Source: Dongiaceae bacterium
GTDB taxonomy: Bacteria; Verrucomicrobiota; Verrucomicrobiia; Limisphaerales; JAFMIX01
NCBI GenBank assembly: GCA_035492855.1
Contig: DATJIU010000125.1
Location: 4,025 to 68,024 of the forward strand
DNA: 64,000 nt
Direction: 5' to 3'
Below are positions 56,809 through 64,000 of the stretch, piece by piece (within the stretch, counting starts at the first letter, position 1; every line of letters starts with the position of its first letter). Both the position numbers and the translations under genes were made by a program. The notes beneath the pieces were generated by a model. That model did not search any database. It was given only the letters and a program-made list of their open reading frames with translations, and had not been told where the DNA came from.

Positions 56809-58296
56809 ATGAAATCGCGAATGTTTTATTCCCCAATCCGGATCCTGGCGTTGGGCCTGGCGTGGTGGCTCCTGGCGGCCGTGATTCCAGTCCGCGCCGC
56901 GACCGTGTCCGGGGGTGTGGAAATCCCTGAGGCCACAAAAGACTATTTGCAATGGACCAACGGGATGGGACCCTGGATCTGGGCTTCCGATACGTTCGAC
57001 AACCAGACTTGCAAGCTTTGGAAAAGCTTTGAAATTCCCGCGGCGGCGGCGGTGGTCAAAGCACAGTTGGTGCTGTCGGTGGATGATGAGTTCAGCCTGT
57101 TCCTGGATGGGCGCGAACTGGGACGGGGCGTGGATTGGCGCGAGGTGTTTGTCTTCGATTTGACAGCCCTGCTTGCCCCCGGAAAGCATGTGTTGGCCAT
57201 TCGGGCCTATAACGCGGCCATCGCCGCGGGCATGACCATGTCCCTGAAGGTCAGTCTGGCGGATGGTCGGGTTATTGAAGTCAAATCGGATGAAAGCTGG
57301 CGCATTGTGCCGGATTCGGTGAAGCATTGGGAGCGCCGGACCGCCGCGCCGCCGGACTGGCCGGCGGCGCTGGTTGAAGCGCCATTGGGCGAAGGCCCGT
57401 GGGGCGACTGGCCGGTGAATGCCATCCTGATGCCGCCGCTGCAACCCATCCGGTTGCCCTTCTGGCAGACGGCCTGGTTTCAAATTTTCTTTCTGACCTG
57501 CTTCGGCCTGGTGGCCCTCTTCAGCCTGCAACTGATGGCGCAACTGGCGTTGCATCGGAAGGAACGGTGGCTCCTCCAGCGGGAGCGCACCCGTATTGCC
57601 CGGGAAATTCATGACGACATCGGCGCCCGGATGACCCAGTTGGTGCTGCAAGGCGAAGTGGCGCAGTGCGGCCTGCCCGAGGGTTCCAAAACGCAGCGGG
57701 AGCTGGGGCAAATCTGCGAGGACGCGCGGCATCTGCTGGCCACGCTGGATGAGATTCTCTGGGCCGTGAATCCGCAGCGCGATACCTTGCGCGATTTCGA
57801 ATCGTTTGTGTGCAAATATGCCCAGGAATTCCTCAAGCCCACGGCCATTCAATGTCTCCTGGAAGTGCCTCCGGACCCGGCTCCCGTGGACTTCAACATT
57901 GCCATCCGGCGCAGTTTGTTGATGGCCATCAAAGAGGCGCTTAACAACGTGGTCAAGTATTCCCGTGCCACCGAACTGCAACTCCGGATCAAACACGAGC
58001 GACAAAAACTGACAGTGACGATCCAGGACAATGGCGCGGGATTTGACCCGCAGGCCCTGGAGCCCGGACGCCATGGCATTACCAATATGCATGAGCGCAT
58101 GAATGAGCTGGGGGGCAACTGCACCATCAGCAGCCGGTCCGGGCAGGGGTGCCGGGTGGAATTTAGCGTTCCTCTGCGGCAAACGCCACCGGCGCTGTGG
58201 TGGCGGATTCCCGGCTTCGAGCGTGTTTGGAAACGGATACGCAAAGGCAGAACGCTGGCAACGACCGATCCCTCGTCAGATCGGACCCGCGGCTGA
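56809..58296 (+). CDS. sensor histidine kinase (jelly-roll-like periplasmic domain, HisKA_3 + HATPase_c), no adjacent response regulator
   Basis: The track ORF is 56527..58296. The ATG at 56809 gives MKSRMFYSPIRILALGLAWWLLAAVIPVRA. The periplasmic domain has KLWKSFEIP...LVLSVDDEFSLFLDGRELG...HVLAIRAYN. The H-box is ERTRIAREIHDDIGARM. The ATPase region has LNNVVKYSRA, DNGAGFD and GITNMHERMNELGG. Confidence 0.8.
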   Translation: MKSRMFYSPIRILALGLAWWLLAAVIPVRAATVSGGVEIPEATKDYLQWTNGMGPWIWASDTFDNQTCKLWKSFEIPAAAAVVKAQLVLSVDDEFSLFLDGRELGRGVDWREVFVFDLTALLAPGKHVLAIRAYNAAIAAGMTMSLKVSLADGRVIEVKSDESWRIVPDSVKHWERRTAAPPDWPAALVEAPLGEGPWGDWPVNAILMPPLQPIRLPFWQTAWFQIFFLTCFGLVALFSLQLMAQLALHRKERWLLQRERTRIAREIHDDIGARMTQLVLQGEVAQCGLPEGSKTQRELGQICEDARHLLATLDEILWAVNPQRDTLRDFESFVCKYAQEFLKPTAIQCLLEVPPDPAPVDFNIAIRRSLLMAIKEALNNVVKYSRATELQLRIKHERQKLTVTIQDNGAGFDPQALEPGRHGITNMHERMNELGGNCTISSRSGQGCRVEFSVPLRQTPPALWWRIPGFERVWKRIRKGRTLATTDPSSDRTRG

Positions 58297-58516
58297 AACT
58301 CCGGCACCTGGCCGCTTACCGCAACTGCGGGAACAGCTTGCGGAGCCGCACTCCATCGTCTGCGGATGCGCGCTGATTGCAACCGTCACCTATTTGGGTG
58401 ATCCCGCCCTAACCACTTTTGGGGATTTGCATACTTACCACCAGTGATACGCTCACATTGAGTGACCACTATCCCAATCAACTGTGACAACAGTTTCTAA
58501 CCCCTACCCCCTGTCT

Positions 58517-61500
58517 ATGAAAAGACCAACCAACTCAGATGAATTCAGGATTTTAGCCCCAGGTGATTTCGCCAAAGCCCGGGGCCGGCGGCAAAGATTT
58601 TGGCCGGCGACTTTCTTGGCCGCGCTCCTTGGGGCCGGTGCCATTTGCGGCTCCGCCTCGGGCGCGCCCATCTCAGTGCCGAACTTCTCCTTCGAGCTGT
58701 GGACCAATGCCTCCACGGGATTTGGCCTGGACGATGGCGCCGGCAGTCCCGGACCGGATGTGAGCCCGAACTGGCTGGGAGCCGGCAACGGTGGCATCAA
58801 TATTTACAATCCCCTGGATGCTGATTTCTCCGGCACCACGGGTTCGCCGGGCACGCTCCCGGCCACGGGCGACGGCACCAATTACCTGAGGATTGGCCTG
58901 GGCAACACCGGCCAGGCCTGGCAGACCATCGGCACCTGGCAATCCAATACGGTCTATACGTTGACCGTTGCCGCCGGCAACGCCCTGGCCGGTGACGGCG
59001 GCTTGGGCCGGATCGCCCTGCTCAAGGGCAGCTTTCCGGCGGGGACGGTCATTGCGGCCGCTGCGGTGGATACTACCGCCGTGACTCCCGGAACCTTCGC
59101 GGATACGACATTGGTGTTTACCAACGGCCAAACCTCCGGCGCCCCGCTCACCATCATGTTGCAGGGCACCGGCGGTTCGGGCGGCCAGATGATTTACGAC
59201 AACGTGCGGCTGGACGGCACCGCCGCCGCGCAAACCCCGGCGGCGTTTGTGCCCACCGCCGCACCTTCGATCAATCCCTACTTGGGGACTCTGGTCACTT
59301 TGACCGAGGATCCGGCCGGCGCGGCTCCATTCACGTATCAATGGCAGACCGATGGCGGCAATGGGGGAACTTCCTTCAGTGATATTTCCGGAGCCACCAA
59401 TGCCACCTACGTTGCCGACACTGGCGCGACCGGGGTAGGCACCTTCGAGTACCGGGTGGTCGTGGGCAACTCCTTCGGCTCCTCCACAAGTGGTGCCCTG
59501 ACGCTGACCGTCCAGGAAGGCTCTCCCGTTATCACGTCCGACACCCATCCGGGCACCGCAGTGGACGTGCTGGGCAGTTCGGTGACCTTTACCGCGGCCT
59601 TTGATGGCACCCGCCCGATTTCATATCAATGGCAGTTGGATGGCTCGGACGTGCCGGGAGCGACCAATGCCACGCTCACCCTGACCAACCTCCAATTTAC
59701 TGATATGGGTTCCTATTCGCTGGTGGCTTCCAACGCGGGCGGAATCTTTTCCAGCACCCCGGCCCCCTTGACGGTGAATCCGGTCCCGGATCCCACCAAC
59801 AATATCATCATGGATACGGCGAGCCAGTTGGGTTCATCAACTTTCGCCACCTTCTCGCCGACTTGGGCCATCTCCACCAATGGTGATCTGATTGCCGGAA
59901 CTGCCCCGAGCACTGTGGGACCGGGCGCCTTCAATGATCCTCAGGAACACATTGCGGGCACGCCGGCGGTGCTTACGGATGGCCGGTTTGGCACGCTGTT
60001 TGGTCAGGGCATCACCAGTCCGGATGTGGTTACCGGCGGCACAGCCGGCAGCGGAGCCGGGCAGTACGTCATTTACACGCTCCCGGCTTCGGCCAATGGC
60101 TGGGACATCACCAACATCGTCACCTACGGGGGCTGGGCCGATGCGGGACGCGATGCGCAACGGTACGTGCTGTACTATTCCACCATCGCGGCGCCCACCA
60201 ACTTCCTTCTGCTCGCGGATGTGGCTTACAATCCCGATAACCCGAGCAGCATTCAATCCGCGACTCGCGTGACCCTGGCTTCCGGCGATGGCGGCGCGTA
60301 TGTCAAGAGCGTGGCGGCGCTGAAATTTGATTTCAGTACCTTGAACAACGGGCCGGAGAACGGCTTCGTGGGCTACACCGAGATCCAGGTTTATGGCACC
60401 AATTCGGCCGCCAACGTGGTGTTGACCCAGGATACCACGCCGGGCACGGCTTCGGATGTGGAAGGTGGCAGTGTGACGTTCACCGCGGCGTTTTCGGGCG
60501 CCACCACCTATCAATGGCTGAAGGTTGTGGGCGGGGTGACCAATCCGGTTGCCGGAGCCACCAGTCCGACACTCACGTTGAGCAACCTCCAGTTTGGCGA
60601 TGCTGGCACGTATCTGCTCAAGGCCACCGGCGTTTCCGGCTCGGCCATGAGCAGCGGCAGCACCTTGACGGTGAATTCGGTGGGCAACGCCCTGATCAGC
60701 GGAGATAATCTGGTGGCGTCCGCCGCCACCCAAACCGGGCGGGGTCAGGTTTATACGCCCAACTGGCTCCCGGCCACCAACGCGGATCTCATCCGCGGCA
60801 CCGCCCCGACTGGCGTCGGCTCCGGGGTTTTCAACCAGGAAGGCTGCGGCGGCATCGCCGTGCTGACCGACGGCGCCTTCGGCTCCGTGGGCAGCGCCAT
60901 CAATAGCAGCCTCTGCAGTGTCGGCCAGAATGCCGGCCAGTCGGTGACCTATACCCTGGCGGGCTCCTCCAGCGGATATGACATTACCAACATCGTCACC
61001 TTTGGCGGTTGGAGCGATGCGGGTCGCGACGAGCAGGGTTACACGGTTTCGTACTCCACGGTCTTTGACCCGGCCACGTTCATCCCCATCGGGACGGTGG
61101 ATTTCAATCCGGGTCCGGTGGCCGGGCCCTCGGCCGTGCGGTTGAGCCTGTCTCCGGCGAGCGGGTTGCTGGCCACCAATGTGAGCCGGATCCGGTTTGA
61201 TTTCACCGTCCCCGGCATTGAAAACGGGTGGGGCGGCGCGGCCGAAATTGCGGTGCAAGGCCAGGCCTCCGCGGCTGTGCCCATCGCCCCCTATATCACC
61301 CAGGACATTCTGCCGGTGACCGGCTCGGATGTGGTGGGCAGTCAGGTGATCATGACCGCCGCCTTCGACGGCAGCAGCCCGATCACGTACCAATGGCAGA
61401 ATGTCACTGGTGGAGTGACGAACGATATCGTCGGCGCCACCAGCCCCTCCTTGACCTTGAACAACCTGCAGCTTACGGACGCGGGTTCGTATCAATTGCG

Positions 61501-62383
61501 GGCCTCCAACGCGGTGGGCGTGGCGTATAGCACCGCTAACACCTTCACTGTAAACCCGGTTCCGGATCCGGTTAGCGGGGTCATTGTGTCACCCGCCAAC
61601 CAGACGGCCAGCGGCGCGTTTGTCCCGACTTGGGCGGTGGCGTCCGGCAGTCTGATCGCCAGCCAGGCACCGAGCAGCACTGGCTTGGGCAACTTCACCG
61701 CGGAAGGGGCCACCGGCACCTCCGTGCTTACGGACGGCGCCCTCAACCTCTGGGGCGGTGGCGTGGCCGGTCTGGCCACTCTCGGTTCCGGTGCGGGCGG
61801 GCATTCCATCACCTACACCCTCACGGGATCCGCTGGCGGTTATGACATTACCAGCATCGTCAGCTATGCCGGTTGGGCGGATGGCGGGCGCGATCAGCAG
61901 GCCTATACCGTGTCTTATTCCACCGTGGCGGATCCGGCCACGTTCATCACCATCGGCAGTGCCAATTACAATCCGGACCTGCCGGGGGCGGTGCCTTCGG
62001 CCGACCGGGTCACCATCAGTTCGGCCTCCGCCACGCCGTTGGCCTCCGGTGCGGGGATGATTACGTTCAACTTCCTCACGCCGGCGGGCGAAAACGGTTA
62101 CTCCGGCTATGCCGAGTTCCAGGTGTTTGGCACCCCGGTTTCGGGTGGCGGGCCCGGTACGGTGGACTCCGTGCAACTCAGCGCCGGCAGCTTGGTGTTG
62201 ACCGGGAGTGGTTGGACGCCGAATGGCACCTATACGTGGCTGACTTCCACCAACGCGGGAGCGCCCATCTCCGAATGGACGACCAACGCCACCGGCACCT
62301 TCAGCGGCACCGGAACGTTTAGCAACGCCATCCCGGTGAGCGGGACCACGCCGGCGAGCTTCTTCCGCCTCAAGACACCTTGA
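58517..62383 (+). CDS. giant secreted protein with Ig-like (I-set-like) domains alternating with three copies of an unassigned roughly 200-aa module
   Basis: The track ORF is 58484..62383 with a GTG start, and an ATG lies at 58517. The signal region is FWPATFLAALLGAGAICGSASG. The Ig-like modules carry (P)I(S/T)YQWQ and LTL.NLQ..D.G.Y. Three repeats at about nt 59795-60397, 60686-61264 and 61568-62131 carry VLTDG.FG, GYDIT.IV.Y.GW.D.GRD.Q.Y.V.YST and GY.E..V.G. The tail is SFFRLKTP. Confidence 0.8.
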   Translation: MKRPTNSDEFRILAPGDFAKARGRRQRFWPATFLAALLGAGAICGSASGAPISVPNFSFELWTNASTGFGLDDGAGSPGPDVSPNWLGAGNGGINIYNPLDADFSGTTGSPGTLPATGDGTNYLRIGLGNTGQAWQTIGTWQSNTVYTLTVAAGNALAGDGGLGRIALLKGSFPAGTVIAAAAVDTTAVTPGTFADTTLVFTNGQTSGAPLTIMLQGTGGSGGQMIYDNVRLDGTAAAQTPAAFVPTAAPSINPYLGTLVTLTEDPAGAAPFTYQWQTDGGNGGTSFSDISGATNATYVADTGATGVGTFEYRVVVGNSFGSSTSGALTLTVQEGSPVITSDTHPGTAVDVLGSSVTFTAAFDGTRPISYQWQLDGSDVPGATNATLTLTNLQFTDMGSYSLVASNAGGIFSSTPAPLTVNPVPDPTNNIIMDTASQLGSSTFATFSPTWAISTNGDLIAGTAPSTVGPGAFNDPQEHIAGTPAVLTDGRFGTLFGQGITSPDVVTGGTAGSGAGQYVIYTLPASANGWDITNIVTYGGWADAGRDAQRYVLYYSTIAAPTNFLLLADVAYNPDNPSSIQSATRVTLASGDGGAYVKSVAALKFDFSTLNNGPENGFVGYTEIQVYGTNSAANVVLTQDTTPGTASDVEGGSVTFTAAFSGATTYQWLKVVGGVTNPVAGATSPTLTLSNLQFGDAGTYLLKATGVSGSAMSSGSTLTVNSVGNALISGDNLVASAATQTGRGQVYTPNWLPATNADLIRGTAPTGVGSGVFNQEGCGGIAVLTDGAFGSVGSAINSSLCSVGQNAGQSVTYTLAGSSSGYDITNIVTFGGWSDAGRDEQGYTVSYSTVFDPATFIPIGTVDFNPGPVAGPSAVRLSLSPASGLLATNVSRIRFDFTVPGIENGWGGAAEIAVQGQASAAVPIAPYITQDILPVTGSDVVGSQVIMTAAFDGSSPITYQWQNVTGGVTNDIVGATSPSLTLNNLQLTDAGSYQLRASNAVGVAYSTANTFTVNPVPDPVSGVIVSPANQTASGAFVPTWAVASGSLIASQAPSSTGLGNFTAEGATGTSVLTDGALNLWGGGVAGLATLGSGAGGHSITYTLTGSAGGYDITSIVSYAGWADGGRDQQAYTVSYSTVADPATFITIGSANYNPDLPGAVPSADRVTISSASATPLASGAGMITFNFLTPAGENGYSGYAEFQVFGTPVSGGGPGTVDSVQLSAGSLVLTGSGWTPNGTYTWLTSTNAGAPISEWTTNATGTFSGTGTFSNAIPVSGTTPASFFRLKTP

Positions 62384-62430
62384 CGCGGCAGAGAGTGGGG
62401 TAGCAACGGGATTGCTGGGGGGAAAGAAAT

Positions 62431-62469
62431 ATTGTCCGGAGGGAGGGTTGCCCTCCGGACAATTTTCTA
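62431..62469 (+). terminator. rho-independent terminator after the Ig-repeat giant gene
   Basis: A perfect 13-bp stem, attgtccggaggg / ccctccggacaat (62431-62463), with a 7-nt loop. It runs into TTTTCT. Confidence 0.65.
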
Positions 62470-62514
62470 AAGGGGGCGGAGATTCCTTGGGAAAAATTAT
62501 TTTTTTGAAGCACT

Positions 62515-63354
62515 ATGTCTAAAATACCGTTTGAAATCCGATGCGGAGCCCGCGGCCGGGGTAACCTAAAGGCCTTTACCCTCATTGAATTGCTCGTGGT
62601 TATTGCCATCATCGCCATTCTGGCGGGATTGCTGTTGCCCGCCTTGTCCAAGGCCAAGGAAAAAGCCACCGGCATCAGTTGCGTGAACAACCTCAAGCAG
62701 CTGACGCTGGCCGCCGTGCTGTATGCCGGCGATTACAACGATGCCATCCCGCCCAACTTCCTGGGCAGTCCCAACGCCTGGGTTTCGGGCGATGTCAGCC
62801 AGTTGCCGGGCGCCACGAATGTGACCGACATCCGGAAGGCGGTCCTGTTTCCCTACAACAAGTCCGAGGCCATCTACCAGTGTCCCGGCGACAAGTTTGG
62901 GCTCAACGGCGCGAGCGTGCCGCGGGTGCGCAGCTATTCCATGAGCGGCATGATGGGCTGGAACGGCGGCGTCAAATACGGGGTGCATGACAGCCTCATG
63001 GAGAACAAAAAATTCAGCGATGTGCACAACCCCAATCCCTCGGAGGCCATTTTTTTCGTGGATGAGCAATCCAATCCGGTGCGGGACCTGTGCAGCATCG
63101 ACGACGGTTATTTCGCGATCAACCTGACCGGGCTGCGCTATTACTGGCGCAATATTCCCGCCAGCCGGCATGGCAATTTCGGGCTGTTCTCGTATGCCGA
63201 CGGGCACGCCGACAAGATAAAATGGCTTGAGGGCAAAACCCGCTCGTTGAAATTCAACGCCGGCGGGCAACCGACCGGCACCATCGGCACCGCCCCCAAC
63301 GACCGGGATTACCGCCAGTTGTGGATGTCCATTTATCCGGCCAGCATGTGGTGA
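62515..63354 (+). CDS. prepilin-type N-terminal cleavage/methylation domain protein with H-X9-DG motif (DUF1559-like)
   Basis: A 279-aa ORF carrying [33 protein letters not shown]. The H-X9-DG motif is seen as [12 protein letters not shown]. Confidence 0.85.
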   Translation: MSKIPFEIRCGARGRGNLKAFTLIELLVVIAIIAILAGLLLPALSKAKEKATGISCVNNLKQLTLAAVLYAGDYNDAIPPNFLGSPNAWVSGDVSQLPGATNVTDIRKAVLFPYNKSEAIYQCPGDKFGLNGASVPRVRSYSMSGMMGWNGGVKYGVHDSLMENKKFSDVHNPNPSEAIFFVDEQSNPVRDLCSIDDGYFAINLTGLRYYWRNIPASRHGNFGLFSYADGHADKIKWLEGKTRSLKFNAGGQPTGTIGTAPNDRDYRQLWMSIYPASMW

Positions 63355-63547
63355 CCCGCGCCGGAGTTTTTGCCGGCATTGCTGTTAGTCTCCAAGACGT
63401 TTCGACAGCGGATAGGCCACCGGGCCGGTTGGCTTTCCTCTAAGCTGGATTCATATCATCTGCCTTGGTCAGCAAACGTCACGCCCGGCTACGAAAAAGC
63501 TGTTGCCGAGGTGAATTGACACTGGCATCGTCGCTGCGCTCGCCTCG

Positions 63548-64000
63548 ATGCATTTTTCCGAGTTCAAAACTAGGCTAAAGTTTTTGGTTAAGAGAACTGA
63601 CCCGGATCGGGCAGGCCATTGGCAGCGATTTTTGAGTGTCCCATGTCTCGAACTGGATGAGTTCGCGGTTTTCCTTTGTTATGAGTTTTTGGGAGGAACA
63701 GAAACCAAACGCCGCGAAATCGAGGCGATGGCCAATGACGATGATATTTTGTGGTTTTTCGAAGCGTTTATTGATCGCCAGGCCGCGGCAATCGAGAAAG
63801 GTTCCGATACGGAGGCGTTACTCTTGGGGTTTACGGCGGTCGCCATAATTGGGCCCAATTCTGATCCCCGGGATGTCACATTATGGCTTGGAGATTTGTA
63901 CCTTACTGCGGTAATTGCCTCAATTCCGGAACGGGCCCAATTGTGTGAGCGCGTGGGCAGTCTTGCGGCAGAGAAGTGGGGGGTTGCAGAGCAGATAAGA
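63548..64000 (+). CDS. hypothetical protein, 5' part only (runs off the right edge)
   Basis: This ORF is absent from the track because it is open at the edge. The ATG at 63548 opens a stop-free frame to 64000 (151 codons): MHFSEFKTRLKFLVKRTDPDRAGHWQRFLSVPCLELDEFAVFLCYEFLGGTETKRREIEAMANDDDILWFFEAFIDRQAAAIEKGSDTEALLLGF... The sequence looks protein-like, but the codons are A/T-ending, unlike the rest of the window. I recognise no motif. Confidence 0.5.
   Translation, partial: MHFSEFKTRLKFLVKRTDPDRAGHWQRFLSVPCLELDEFAVFLCYEFLGGTETKRREIEAMANDDDILWFFEAFIDRQAAAIEKGSDTEALLLGFTAVAIIGPNSDPRDVTLWLGDLYLTAVIASIPERAQLCERVGSLAAEKWGVAEQIR

Noticed and set aside
1-64000. CRISPR arrays, rRNA genes, IS elements, integrases, prophage or toxin-antitoxin genes, including next to the tRNA.
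   Set aside because: I saw no regularly spaced direct repeats, no rRNA-like sequence, and no transposase, integrase or phage motifs in any frame of the ORF track. The tRNA flanks contain only a short dispersed repeat.

Overview
The window is a GC-rich (by eye, not computed) chromosomal segment. The gene content suggests a PVC-superphylum bacterium, most likely Verrucomicrobiota-like. This is inferred from four prepilin-type H-X9-DG paralogs, autotransporter-associated beta-strand repeats, and LamG and lamin-tail giant proteins. I support about 40 protein genes, one tRNA-Arg(UCG), several intrinsic terminators and a few small repeats. There is no CRISPR array, rRNA, transposase, integrase or phage gene.

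Layout:
- 0-5.7 kb: housekeeping and orphan genes. These are a metallophosphoesterase, an RlmI-like methyltransferase, an ATP-grasp/Zn-peptidase pair and an XylR/AraC regulator.
- 6-15 kb: a prepilin-like gene followed by an 8 kb lamin-tail/CotH giant gene.
- 15.3-19.2 kb: a tdh-cysK-like-UPF0126-kbl operon.
- 19.5-22.7 kb: a B12-radical-SAM gene and a membrane protein.
- 22.7-28.5 kb, all on the minus strand: prepilin-like gene, ECF-sigma fusion, MarR, unknown 201-aa gene, RtcB, small basic ORF and tRNA-Arg.
- 29.5-32.6 kb: GH29 and a GH99-like gene.
- 32.8-40.3 kb: efp, ptsI, a nucleotidyltransferase, porin-modA, DUF5069 and a TlpA-like redoxin.
- 40.5-63.4 kb: a large polysaccharide-utilisation-like locus. 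It holds three giant secreted proteins, GH2, GH43 and GH-A enzymes, two histidine kinases and one LuxR-type response regulator, bracketed by two prepilin-like genes.

The four giant genes (7131-15122, 42120-44996, 49128-53039, 58517-62383) occupy about 29% of the window.

The most interesting observation is a conserved 7-8 codon mini-ORF, M-R-P-F/L-Y/H-V/A-P-stop. It always ends CCA-TGA-C and occurs four times, each in the 5' leader of a transcription unit of the 40-56 kb locus.

Many long ORFs in the track are antisense shadows of real genes, as expected for high-GC DNA, and were rejected. All functional calls come from motif recognition by eye. No database search was run.
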